Shown: positions 26,013 to 38,607, counted from the whole stretch's first letter. The stretch: 60,731 bases of DNA, filler included, from Basidiobolus ranarum (GCA_040143965.1; 7 parts of 7 records of this genome joined end to end with filler, not necessarily neighbours in it); one strand, 5' to 3'. The notes: a model not told the origin generated them from the letters alone. Translations and numbers: made by a program.

Positions 26013-26112
26013 NNNNNNNNNNNNNNNNNNNNNNNNNNNNNNNNNNNNNNNNNNNNTTAATTAATTAANNNNNNNNNNNNNNNNNNNNNNNNNNNNNNNN
26101 NNNNNNNNNNNN
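26013..26112. other. Artificial contig linker
   Basis: N44-TTAATTAATTAA-N44. Confidence 0.98.
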
Positions 26113-26564
26113 TCATTGCATTTCACCTTAAACTATGGCTACCCTCATCATTACTGGTAAATAGAACCTTAAGTACATCACATTGACTGCTAGTTCCTGC
26201 AGCTTTTCACTTCCATTTACTGGGTTACTTGAATAGTAAGACATGATCGTCATCTCAATCATATCGATAATATACAAATATGGATATATCCTCAAGCGAT
26301 CTATTTTTCGGATTACATCTATATTTCTGTGTCTATAGATTTTATCTGGCCTAGAAATAACCACGTAGTGAGCGTTGGGATTCATCGTGAGATAATCTGC
26401 ACATCTCTGTATCATCAGAACTTCGTAGATGGTGATGCGATTAGGGAATATATAAGAGTAATAAGGCTGTGTATTAGTGAAATATATTGACAAGGAAAGA
26501 CTTCTAACTAGGTAAGACATAAAACTAGACAGTTGATAAATATAAACTCAAAGCCAACAGAATA

Positions 26565-27759
26565 TTAATTCAAAAATGAGCACTCATAGAAAGCTTTTCC
26601 GTTGAACACTAACTTCTTCTCATCAATCACTACTTCCACATGGGCATCATCGTAATATTGATACACATATGGCTTCGTAAAGAGTGTTTGGATCACCTTT
26701 CTTAGCAAATAAGGAAGCTCACTCAAAACGTCGATTTTGGCGATCAAAAATTGTGACTTGACGGTCATCTCTGCGCAAAATTTCTCTTTCTGCAAAGTCT
26801 CTCCTAGCCATGTATATTTGATTTCTGTGGGAACCTCATATTTGGTCTCTGGGTCAAGTTTCGTTGTTACAAATCTGGAGGTATTATCCACTGTTACTGC
26901 AACAAGTTCATCGCTCAACACAAATGCGCCCTGAGTAACGTCCGTGCAACCATAGGTTCTGGGGGTTTCAAATTGAAGCATGCTTAGGGAAGCATTTTCA
27001 TTTTCGAAAGAAATAAGATTACATTTGGAAGCAACTTCATGTGGCTTCAAACCAAGAAGGGCGTGAATAAAGATGCCTTCTCCGATTAGCTCTTCTTCCT
27101 TATTATCGAAGATCACGGTGCCAGTAACTTTCCCACTAGGGTAGAATTTATGACAAATGAAATTGTTGCTGTTGATTTTGTTAAAAAATGTTTTCCCCTC
27201 ACCAATCTTGTAACCGCAATCAACGGGTACAAATTGAAAGTGAACGCTGATGCTTTTCAATGCGAGATCCACTACCATCTCACGATTTTTACCATGCTGA
27301 ATTGACATACCATCCAGATTTACGGACAATTTGTCATCACTAAGTTTGAAAGAGCGGGAGGACCGATTGGCAGATTCAAATTTGTGGATATCTCCTTTAA
27401 CATATCGTGCAGAGGTTTGTATGGTGGGAGATAGACTGCAATGAAAAGTTTTAGTTATTCCCGCGAAGAGGTTTATCGTCTATTGTAGACTTACCCTATG
27501 TTTGAATGTGCAAGCTGAACAGACAAAAATCCACCTTCCCTGAGGTGAATATAAAAGGTCACGGTCTCTGTAGCTGAGCCAGAAGCTAGACTCCACTTAA
27601 GATCATCGGTGGTTAACTTGCTAACTAAGGGGAGACCTTTTTCTTTGGCGATATCGCAAGCTAAATGTAGGGCTATAAGGAATTTCAAGTGGAGAGTTAG
27701 AACCGTTGCCATGCCAGATATGCTGCCTGAAACCGAGTTGGATACATACCAGATGACAT
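26565..27759 (-). CDS. SVF1: Survival factor 1 (Svf1, lipocalin-like ceramide-binding protein), 3 exons
   Basis: ATGTCATCTG|gtatgt...ctaac...tag gives MSSALHLACD...DDLKWS...ATETVTFY...QLAHSNIG. Later IHALLGLKPHEVASK, IDVLSELPYLLRK and TKPYVYQY...FYECSFLN match Svf1 motifs. Confidence 0.85.
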
Positions 27760-28755
27760 AGTCTGAGAAGGAAAAAATTACAAAGATGTAAGCGCAAGTG
27801 TTCTGTCCTATTTATGGTGAAACTTATTAGGTTTGAGTAAAGTTTATATATGCGCTCAGAACAATGGGACACAATTTGCCAAATCGGGGCTAAGTGGATT
27901 CTCATACGGGAGTGCCAATTTTACATGTTGGACAAATAGCATCAGTCATTGGTAGAGGTACAAACGACATCCATTGTACCACTCACCATGGCCACCAGCC
28001 GGTGCATATAAGTGGATGTTGGCAGTATTACGATCACTGACAAAAAGGATGCTCCATGTCATGTTGAAAAGTAATGATTTCACCACCACGATATGTTTCT
28101 CTTGCCACGAAATGATTATATGTATGACTGAAGCCGACATCACATGTATGGTCTCAGCTACTCTGCAGAGTCATTAGATGGAGAATAGGAATGAATTGAT
28201 CTCAACAATTAAAATTATCAGCTTAAAGTGGACCAATGTAAGGCCCCATTTCATGGCAGTATATCCAGTTTTCTTGAAAAGATTTTCATATCTTCAGCCT
28301 CTTTTGATTTAACTAGGGGCATTCTATAGCCTGCGATAAGAGTTGCTTAATGTGAGCTGTACTCGGGCCTGAACATAACCAGCCAAGCATGCCAAGAAAT
28401 CCCAATCTAGTTTTATTGCCAACTTTACCCAATTCGATGTTTACCAAATGGTATAATCGAAAGATACTGGATGACATCAGAAACGCATAAAGCTCGTTTC
28501 CCTCATTTGTTATGCCCATCAAGCTTAGCGAACTGGATAATCAAACAAGCTTATGGATGATCACTTGGAATTGGCCAACTTATTTAAAATACGAATTTCG
28601 AGCATAACTTAACCAGAATTCCCCATGACGTATCAAGGAAATTGGAAAGTCTACGTTGCGTAATTGTCAATTTGTAATTACATCTCAGGGTGCCTTCTTC
28701 GCTCATAGTGCTTCTGCTCAATACATTTTCATTTCGACTGTCTTCTTTATCAAAT

Positions 28756-29802
28756 ATGGAACATTTTCCTTTACATTGGGGTAAGCCCCGTCAAGAAAAC
28801 GCTTCTGCGGATAACTTCAACTCTTATCCACTGTATAAAAGCCATCCTACAACTGCGCAAGGTCCCATCACACATACTCAGTACGTTTTTAATAGGGCAT
28901 TTACCCCGCTAGTTATACTAACTGTGCAACAATCTCTATAGACAGCCAATTGTTACCGGTACTTCAATTTTAGCAATCAAGTACAAGGATGGAATCATGA
29001 TGGCTGCAGATTGTCTTGGTATGGAGACTTGACCTGATTTTAAATACACTTCAGTGAATAATAGATAACAAAAAAATTTAGGTTCTTATGGAAGTTTGGC
29101 ACGTTTTCGCGATATTGAACGTCTGACCAAGGTTGGTGACTATACTATTCTTGGAGCTGGTGGTGACATCTCTGATTATCAATATACTAAGAACTTGCTA
29201 GAAAAACTCATGTTAGTTCATATTCACCTCACCTAAATTCCTCTTATTAAACTTTTATATATTCTTAAGGATCAAGGAATACTACATGGATGATGGACAT
29301 GTTCTGGGTACACCTCATATTTACGAATATTTAAGCCAGGTTATGTATGCGCGTCGTACGAAGATGAATCCTCTCTGGAATGCCTACATTGTTGGTGGTG
29401 TCCACAAAGGTACAGGGTAAGTAAAATACATTTCAAATTGATGGTTCTTTATAATTTTGTTCTTTGATCTCTAACTTCTATATTATTAGATTCTTGGGCT
29501 TCGTTGACCTTCAAGGCACTACATATCAATCTAGCACTATTGCAACAGGCTTTGGAGCTTATTTAGCTCAACCTATTCTCCGCAAAGCTGTCGAAGGAAA
29601 AGAAGAGACATTGACTGAAGAGGAAGCTATTAAAATCCTTGAAGATTGTATGCGTGTTTTATTCTACCGTGATGCTCGCTCTCTCAACAAATTCCAACGT
29701 GCCAAAGCAACTGCTGAAGGTGTTGAGGTCACTGAACCTTATTCTTTAACCACAAACTGGAGCTTTGCCGAAGGTATTCGTGGATATGGTTCGCAAAATT
29801 AA
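28756..29802 (+). CDS. PRE4: 20S proteasome subunit beta-7, 5 exons
   Basis: HTQ|[36 protein letters not shown]...GAGGDISDYQ...RRTKMNPLWN...MRVLFYRDARSLNKFQ. Confidence 0.97.
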
Positions 29803-29927
29803 AGGAAAATTTAAATATGTTAATTTGCCATCTTATTTATGTCAGTGTAATAAACAGTATGTGCCTCTGCTCAACATTCCATTTTATATTAGAATCATAT
29901 CACACCTTTACAAATAGGCAAACCTGA

Positions 29928-30055
29928 GAATATTTGGTTAGATATTGATTGAATGGTGGGACGAGATGAATATTTGGTTAGATATTGATTGAATGGTGGG
30001 ACGAGATGAATATTTGGTTAGATATTGATTGAATGGTGGGACGAGATGAATATTT
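29928..30055. repeat. Perfect tandem repeat, 40-bp unit x3.2
   Basis: gaatatttggttagatattgattgaatggtgggacgagat at 29928, 29968 and 30008, plus 8 nt. Confidence 0.95.
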
Positions 30056-30457
30056 AACGCTGAAATGGGTGAACTAGAATTTAGTACGTTCTATCATAAA
30101 AGATTTCTTCGTTTGAACTGTAAAAAGACATGTTCTTTTTGTCATAAATGAAAAAACTTAGAGAATTATCGCACAAATCTCTTTCGTTGTATATATACCG
30201 AGAATTCCAAGAGTAGCCCATGCTGACGCTATCCATATTATTTACTCCTCTATAATGGCAGATAAAAACCCAAGGATAATTTATCGCAGGTGTAAGATTT
30301 ACAGACGTCGTGTTATAGCTAAAATATCCATATGGGCACTGAACAGTAATAATATTCGGATAGATCCTATCAATTTATTGAACAATAAAATATATCATAA
30401 AGAAGAGACTAGTAGTAGAGAATTCAGGTGGAGATTGAAACTAAATAAAGTAACTCC

Positions 30458-30800
<343 letters not shown>

Positions 30801-31414
30801 TTCTATCCTACCAAAGAAGTAATTCTAACAGGAAAGAACAGTAGAATATATAGTACTGACGTAAACACTAGATGGTTACACTAAGAGATACCAAGATGTA
30901 TTATAGTATTGGCCATTTTTGAATATTTACAGTGAGTGACGCTAACTAGGAATGGGACAATTCTTTATTAAGACTCAGGTAATATTCTACTCTCAATTGG
31001 TCCAAAAATACCTTGAAGTCACTTAGTAGGAAGAACATTTCGTTGACAATCAGTGCATGATATGGATTGCAGACAGTCATCCCATTCACCAGGGAAGAGA
31101 AGCATCATATGGTGCTGAGACTATGCAAATTTCGAACTAAAGAATCTAGGTTTGATAGCTTCTAAATGGCATGCCATAATAATGGCAAATAACGCATACA
31201 ATTCTCAGCATAGAAATAATGCCGGTTAGACAAGGTGATTCCTATACAACTATCATGGCATCGGATATTAGCGGGTATCTCAGTTGAATTGTAGGATACT
31301 TAAATGCGGTAGGGGCGGATACCTATTTATAATGGCCGCCTTAATGATTGAGATGTTTCAACAATAATTTATTATTGAGCAGATAAACATACTCGAACTT
31401 CATAGACATTCCGC

Positions 31415-34075
31415 TTAACAAGTGGATGCAGGCAAATCTGCAAACACATCCAGTAACGGTGAGACTTCGAAGTTAGTAACCTGATACAAATTGTTAACTG
31501 GTTGAACTTGAAACGTGAGTGGAAAACCAATCTGTTCCCTAGTTGCCTCATCTAGTTTGACCCCAATCGAGCTCGCCTTCAGGTCTACTCGATAGAAGTT
31601 ACAAAATGATGTGCCCAGATATTTTCTCGATTCTTGGGTTACCACATAGATATTGAACATAGAGAATTCGCTCGAATCCCAAGAGATCGTCAGAATGATT
31701 TGATAGTCAGGCTTCGGATCAATTCCTCCAAATAGCGGTCCCTTCACGGTGATATCAGAGCTTTTGAGGTTGAGAGGCTCGGTCAGTTTGGGGATGTAGA
31801 ACAGACGATCCAATAGGCTGGTTGGATCTGTCTTCTCTAGGTTTCTTAACTGGTGTTCCGGATAGATTTTGATCTCACCAATATGGAATTGATGCACTGT
31901 TGTGTCTGGCACCAAGGTTAATCCTTTAATAATGATAATGCCATCAATCTGGGTGACTCGACAGCCATCAAATTTACCAAGATCAAACACCGCCACAGAC
32001 CAGTTTGTTCCTGGTATCTCCTTGACATACATGGGAGCAGCAGGTGAATTGGATTCGAACAGCTTGCTTGCTACAGCTTCACCACTAGGTGACAGGAACA
32101 CATAGCGATCATCTTCTAAACGTATTCTGAGTAATAGATTCAATTCCATCTTGTTATTTAGGATCTGTTCGTGATCATATACGAAGGAGAGCACAGTGCA
32201 ATCTGAGGTCAAGATGTTGGTATCGAATATGGGGAATAAGGTAGCTGCATCGTCAACAAAATCTTGGGGAATGGTCTCCACCTCTAAACGATAGCTTGAT
32301 CCGCCATAAAAACTGGTTTCGCTGGTTACCGAGGAATTCAAGATCAACGGCGCAGATGACAGCACTTCCGTTGCCCAACTGCGATATGTAGGTGTAACAC
32401 TTTGTTGGCTGAAGTTCAACCAATTCCCTTTATGAACAGGCTAGATGCGTCTTTAATACCAGCAAGACTGTGTAATAGACATAGGTAAAGTTATTACCTT
32501 CCCATGTATAGCAAACTGAGTGCCCACTCCTTGATCAAAGTTTGTAACAAATCGAGTATCTCCTGGAGCTATATGGGGCTTTACAAACTGTGAGACACAA
32601 TGATGATTGACTTGTAAAAATAAGGCATGAGTATTATTTGTCATGGACATAGGAGAAGCCGAGGCCTGTCACTTGATCATTTAAAAGAACGGTAAAGCAC
32701 ACTCACATCCATTCCCGTGCCAGAATTTAGACTCGTTATCTACGAAGTTTCGTCCCTGGAAGTTTTCATATGTCCAAGCTGGAGCAAATATAGCGGCCGA
32801 TATAGACGCGTCCGCAATAACGTGGAGTGCCTAAAGAGTCATGGTCTCATTAAGTTGCTGAATTCCCAAAAGATAATCGTTGAATGGATAACAATCACGT
32901 GTGGGTTACTACCTTGTAAGTATCAAACATTCCACCGCCGTAAGTGTTTCGTCCATGGACATCAATTCCAGCAAAGACATCAAATTTGCGATTTTCACCG
33001 GCCTTTATACATGATACTTTAGGGTACTGCCTACCCCATGTGTAATTTAGGAATATCCCATCGCACACTTCAAAAAAAGGGAAATTCAGCAGATTCAAGC
33101 GATTTTGCCAAGCCAAAAGCCCTTCCACCGTTACTGAATCGTACCTAATGATAGTGGACCAAATAGATAATATTAAGGTGAGTGGGTGTTGGAAAAGACC
33201 TTGTCAACTATTGGTACAATTACCAAATAACTTTGGAATGCGGGATTTTTTTGTGCATTTGCTCAGTCAGTATCCTGATGAAATTGATCATGTGCACAGT
33301 ATCCTCCTCAAGGTTGGAGAACACATTCTCAATATTGAGTAGCCAGCCATCAAACCCATAGCACTCGGCTATGTTGGCTGTTTTCGTTTATAAAAGACTG
33401 AACATTAATATTATTTTCCAGATTTTGAATCGTTTTCATACAAACAACAGTTCAAGAAACATTTTACAAAATAGGATTACGAACCTAACTGATTTGCGTA
33501 AAACTCTACGTTCTCGAGCAACTTGATGGTTTCACGAGATCCTTCTTCCCATTCAGTGATAAATGTACCCTATATAAAATGTATCGTTGAGCCTCATTTC
33601 AAAAAAATCTTTCGATTGATACTAACCAACACAGGAACTCCGTTCTTATGTGCCGCATTGATCCAAGTAACAGGTGGGATTGTAACTCGGTTATGAGAAA
33701 AATAAACGAACATATCCAGATACTGCCAGTATTGAAGATTGTATTTATTTTCCAACGCTTCACCTTGCACTGCAGCATCCTCATTATATCCTGCGAGAAA
33801 AGATGGTTAAATAAATGTGAAGGAAAGAAATCGCTTCATCACTTAAAACGTAAAGGATCCTCACCACCAGCCATATCATGGCACATTAAGACCTTTCCAG
33901 ATATCTTATTCCAATTGTCGGTGAATTCTTCACGCTCAAGCTTATTACGTTCTATTCGAGTAGCCAGAGGAACTGGTTTAGCAAAGGTTTGCCAAAAATT
34001 ATCCTTAGTGCTATCCCACTCGTCTAGCTCACTTAGCGAGCTAAAAGGGCGCGATTTTGGTGTAGACTCTGTCAT
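31415..34075 (-). CDS. Cytosolic endo-beta-N-acetylglucosaminidase (ENGase, GH85), multi-exon
   Basis: CHDMAGGY, FVYFSHNRVTIPPVTWINAAHKNGVPVLGTFITEW, FDGWLLNIEN (catalytic N-x-E), YDSVTVEG..WQNRLN, DGIFLNYTW, GIDVHGR, FAPAWTYE, FVTNFDQGVG. Confidence 0.95.
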
Positions 34076-34262
34076 TTTCTCTTTAACCTGGCTAGGAATC
34101 CGCTCGCTATATACCAAATAACGGTCAGTAATAGAAGGAATTTACTTAGTAATTGATCCCAATACGCTGACGGTATTAGAGAAATTAACCACTATTCGTT
34201 ACTAAATATTTAATAATTTTCAAATCATGGCATGTGTAATGTATCAAATAGCAATCACGTGT

Positions 34263-34412
34263 AGGTCCAACAGAGCCGTTGATGATATGTGTGAGAACCT
34301 TAGTCTGTAATTGGCACTTAAATATCAAAGTATCAATTTAGATCTAAGCCACCTGAATCTCTCAATTACATTAAAGTTCTTAAAATCTTACCTGTACTAT
34401 GGGTATCCTACA
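34263..34412 (-). ncRNA. Candidate omegaRNA scaffold / structured right end of the Fanzor element
   Basis: Directly downstream of the Fanzor exon. Nested stems on the minus strand: TGTAATTG/CAATTACA, GCTTAGAT/ATTTAAGT (with G-U pairs), and AGGT/ACCT enclosing the hairpin TCAACG-gctc-TGTTGG. Confidence 0.4.
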
Positions 34413-34465
34413 GCGATAACTGAGGAGGAAGAGAGTTTGATTCTTTTTGATTCTTGGCTTTCTTT

Positions 34466-34704
34466 CTACTTGCCTTTTCTTTTACCTGGCTTTTGGGGCA
34501 TAAATCGGTCAGGACGGATACCTTTTTCTCTAAGCGAAGTTAAGATATGACGGAAATTAAGTACTGCAGAAAGGTCTCGGCTCCAAAGTCGTATAATGCT
34601 ACTGGCTGGCGTGGTCTTCAAACAATTTTGGTTTGTGCACCTATTTGACGAAAAAATATTAGCTTTCATTTTCTTTTCTCTCTTTTTGTATCTCGGACAG
34701 TACC
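34466..34704 (-). CDS. Fanzor (eukaryotic TnpB-like RNA-guided nuclease): last exon plus preceding intron, truncated by the contig end
   Basis: A 63-nt GT..GCTAAT..AG intron (34703-34641) is followed by (R)CTNQNCLKTTPASSIIRLWSRDLSAVLNFRHILTSLREKGIRPDRF. This is a zinc-ribbon C-x4-C, a RuvC-III W(N/S)RD..A..N motif and a G.RP.RF tail, as recalled for fungal Fanzor1 C-termini. Confidence 0.8.
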
Positions 34705-34804
34705 NNNNNNNNNNNNNNNNNNNNNNNNNNNNNNNNNNNNNNNNNNNNTTAATTAATTAANNNNNNNNNNNNNNNNNNNNNNNNNNNNNNNNNNNNNNNN
34801 NNNN
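34705..34804. other. Artificial contig linker
   Basis: N44-TTAATTAATTAA-N44. Confidence 0.98.
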
Positions 34805-34924
34805 CGTGCCTATGGTGGGAGTCGCTGAGGTCACTGTGTTCGTGAGCGTATCGTTCGCGCTTTCCTTATTGAGGAGCAAAAGACTGTCAAGAAAGTCATC
34901 AAGTCTCAAGCTGGAAAGAACTAA
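34805..34924 (+). pseudogene. RPL34: 3' end of 60S ribosomal protein eL34 with an in-frame TGA (pseudogene, sequencing error or recoding)
   Basis: [38 protein letters not shown], versus canonical [31 protein letters not shown]. TGA at 34826-34828. Confidence 0.85.
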
Positions 34925-36178
34925 GCTATTAAGCTGTTCAGCTGTATCGTTGATCCAATAAACTAAACATCTACCCCTCATACATATCTATTTGAAGTAT
35001 TCTGCCAAAACGTTAGTCTTTCTGTAATCAAGTGTCGACTCGCCTCAAACCTCTGGTCTTATTCCTAGTCTTTCACCCATAATAACATAAAGTATAACGG
35101 CAGTAATCAGGTCACCAGGTGATTTCTATTGATTCTTTCATATTGAACTGAAGCCACACAGTTGCTATGCTTCAGTGTGCTCTTTATAGTCGGGGCTTCA
35201 AATCACGATCATTTAGTGCTCAGACAACACCTTTGCCACGGATACTTGACAATGTTGTTCTCCATCAAAGATTCGGTGAAGTTCTTGCTAACACCTCAAT
35301 TTCTTCCATTGAGGATGATACTGTTTTTCAAGTTTGTGATCATAAAGCTTTAGTTCTGATTTGCTTGACAACATGAAGGCTCTTGATGATTTTTGGTTGG
35401 ATGTCTCAAATGTACTCTGTAAGTATGCATCTGCTCTAGCGATTGCAGGAATTTAATGATCACCTTGATATGCGATTTTGGTAGTTCCGGACATATCTTT
35501 TTAATTGGATCATCTGTCGTGAAGCTGGCCGTAATTCACCAAATACCGGTTTCATGTTGATTCGCCGATTTGCAATATTGGTTAATTTGCGTTCGGCTCG
35601 ATACCTAGCCTATAGACTTTCAATAACTTTGGATACTTTTGAAGCCATGTTGAATTGACAAAAAGAACATCAACTACCGCTATTCGACCATAAATCAACT
35701 TCAGAGGACGTTCCAATTTCTTTATGATACATATGCTGGAGGGTTTTGTTGGTATCGGTTTCAATAAATAGTCTTGAAAGATCCAGTAGTTAGCACAAGT
35801 TCTATTTCTGGATCTAGATCACGTGACATGATCGTCGGCGAATAATGGGCTATCTTCTCTGCATCTTGATTAGTTTAAAAATGATGACATAGTTAAGCAA
35901 CGTGTAAGGTTTTAATATAGAGCATAGGCTCTGACTGAATCAACAAGTGGCATCACGTTATCCCAAAAATATACACAATCAGCAAAACCCATTAAAGTTC
36001 TATTTGATATGCTTTGAGAATATCACGAGCTGAGATCAAGTTTTGAGCATCCCGAGGATTTACCTTTGTTATATGTCGCGTCAGGATTTTACTATAAAGT
36101 CTAGGGATTCTCGAGAGAGGGTTCTCAACTGATCCCACTCCAATTGTTTAATTTATCTTTCAATAACTTATAGTGACC

Positions 36179-36844
36179 ATGAGTATCTCCGACGAATTCA
36201 GATCTGGCAACTTCTCCATCTATGGTCAATGGTAAAGCTACTCATTATCATGCTGCTCTCCACTCTATTCTAACTGTTTACCTTCAAGGACTGCAATTAT
36301 TGCTGCTATTTGTATGTATATTGGTAGAAGTAATGGAACTGGAGTATAAACTAACAATGTGTTTTCGCATCAGGCTTGATAGTGTTTGGCATCATTAAAT
36401 TTACCTCGGTCGTTGTATTTGCTATCTTCGGATTGTACGTGGATCATCTATTTATTCGCGCATCTCCATACTCTACTTATCTTTTTACAATAGCATTTTT
36501 GCAGCATGTATTCTGATTCTCGAAATACCCTTCTGTACCGCGGTTATACCAAAGAGTTCGGTAGTTACAGATCGGTTTTCTAGCAACCTTATGCGTGCTA
36601 TTTTGTATCTTATGTAAGTAACATCCATGTCCATGGCACATGTCGATCATACTTATTAAGCCGTTCATTCAGATTTGCCATCGTTATTTGGGCCTCTATT
36701 GCCCAGAGATTTACCGTCTTATTCCTGGGTGCACTATTTCTTACATTTTCCATCTTCTTCTACGCTATTGCCCACTTCCGTGGACAGGATAGAGCTTCCA
36801 GCACCTTAACTGGTGGTACCGGTGTCCACAATTACCCTGTGTAA
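36179..36844 (+). CDS. TVP18: Golgi membrane protein Tvp18, 5 small exons (absent from the ORF track)
   Basis: Spliced protein MSISDEFRSGNFSIYGQWTAIIAAICLIVFG...LILEIPFC...RFSSNLMRAILYLIFAIVIW...YAIAHFRGQDRASSTLTGGTGVHNYPV*; all introns GT-AG. Confidence 0.9.
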
Positions 36845-38039
36845 ATTCAAATCCTTTCTTGATGTAATTCCCTATTGCAGAGAATCTTTCTAGTATTCTT
36901 TCAAATCCCCTCTTGAGTCAATTTTGTGAGCTCTTCATGTTCTAAGTGAATTTTTGCATCAAGATAAAACACTACGGAATCCCAATCCTCTAGTTTTTAA
37001 GGGTTGCGACTTTAAGCCTTTGATTTCAATCAGCTTGAATGATTTACCTATCACCACAAGTCTGTAGCGTAACATGGGAGGTGACAAGGTCGCGTAGTCC
37101 ATGCATTGTGCTACTCGTTGGACAAACAAATCACCATACAGATCACAACAAACACGCAGGCCATTGTTTACTTGATTCAATGGGTTCATATCACAGACAC
37201 GTCAGCCACAATGATCATGAACGTACTTTAAATGTCGACATTAAAGAAATCCACTAAATAGCCATCAAATGACTAAGCAGATGTTAGTATAGCTATGGCT
37301 AATCCGCGTGTTCTGGGACCATGGCCTTTTCTGATCCAATATTCAGGAATATACCAAGGCCAGTCCGGGCCTGAGAAGATTCTGGTTTCAACATTGTATC
37401 CAGATAGATCATTCCATATTGCTAGTCCCTTTTTTAGGAATACATCGGGAAAATTAATTGAGGAGTTGACAACTGTTTGTTCACACGGTCGTAGGAAAAC
37501 TTACAATACTAGTGTACAACTTCTACACGAATTTAGCAATGAGTTTTTCCAATGTTCCACTTTTCAAACATCCGAAGCCTGCGTGGTAGCCTTCAACCTT
37601 AATTAAAGCAATTTCTTGCTAAACTTCCCGTCGATCTAACCGATGAGCTTAGGCCTTTAACGAGATAGCTACCGTGGTAATGTATGAATGGCAAGGGGCT
37701 TGATATTCAAAATACATGGTTACATTAGCGCACATTCATATTCAATTTCAGTAATTCCACTGGCCATTCTCAGTGCTAAACTTATTCCACCGGGTGGAAT
37801 CCTCTGACGATACTTCATGAATGTGGACAGTTATGTTGATACTTTGTTGTACAGATCCTTTAGGAAAGTGCACCAAATGGAACCCACATTTGAGGTTTGT
37901 TTAGTATATAAATGGTATAGATGTAAACTATTTCCAAAATATCAGCAACTCTGAAATTCACTTTATACTTGTTATCTCCACAATATATACCCTCCGGTAG
38001 AATAGTCCACTTAAACCAGTCGAATTGAACATATTGAAG

Positions 38040-38607
38040 ATGAATCTGTGTTATATATTGAACCCATCTAGCGAGATGGCCAACTTGGAGGCATCTCGGA
38101 ATCTTATGAAATTCAACCCAAGCTTACGTTCAGATTGTGATAAACCTAGGAGAGATTATCGATGTAGTCATGTTGGGTGCAGAAAGGTATTCTCCACTAG
38201 CTCGGACCTATGTCGGCACCGCAGGATTCACACCGGCGAGAAGCCCTATGAATGTCCGTGGGATTTCTGCAGTAGAAGTTTTACCCAAAGTAGTGCTCTC
38301 TCAATTCACTACCGAACACACACCGGAGAAAAGCCATTCGTTTGTGATCATCCAAAATGTTACAAAGGTTTCGGAGATGTAAGTATATCAAAGTTTCGAG
38401 ATAGTAGTGCCAATAACTCAGCTGACCAGTTCCCTTTAGTTATCCACTCTAGCTAGGCATAAGAAGATTCACTCGAAAGAAGCGTCTCACAAATGTCCTC
38501 ACACTGGCTGTGGACTTGCATTTGCCCGTCGCTCTTCTTTATCTCATCACCTTAAAATTCACAAGCTAGGATTATCTTTAACCCGAGGCATCAAGTATGG
38601 GCAATAA
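38040..38607 (+). CDS. C2H2 zinc-finger transcription factor with 4 fingers; exons 38040-38378, 38440-38607
   Basis: C-x4-C...H-x3-H fingers with HTGEKP linkers; N-terminal [13 protein letters not shown]-like tatataaa near 37905. Confidence 0.9.

Noticed and set aside
26128-26520. 130-aa minus-strand ORF downstream of SVF1
   Set aside because: No recognisable motif; Ile/Tyr-rich composition typical of chance AT-rich ORFs.
29928-30055. CRISPR-like array
   Set aside because: Units are contiguous with no spacers, in a eukaryotic context without cas genes.
33648-34121. 157-aa plus-strand ORF
   Set aside because: Antisense shadow of ENGase exons.
34757-34981. Minus-strand ORF running into the gap
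   Set aside because: Antisense to RPL34.
34925-35050. SECIS element downstream of RPL34
   Set aside because: No convincing RUGA...GA quartet with a paired helix was found by eye.
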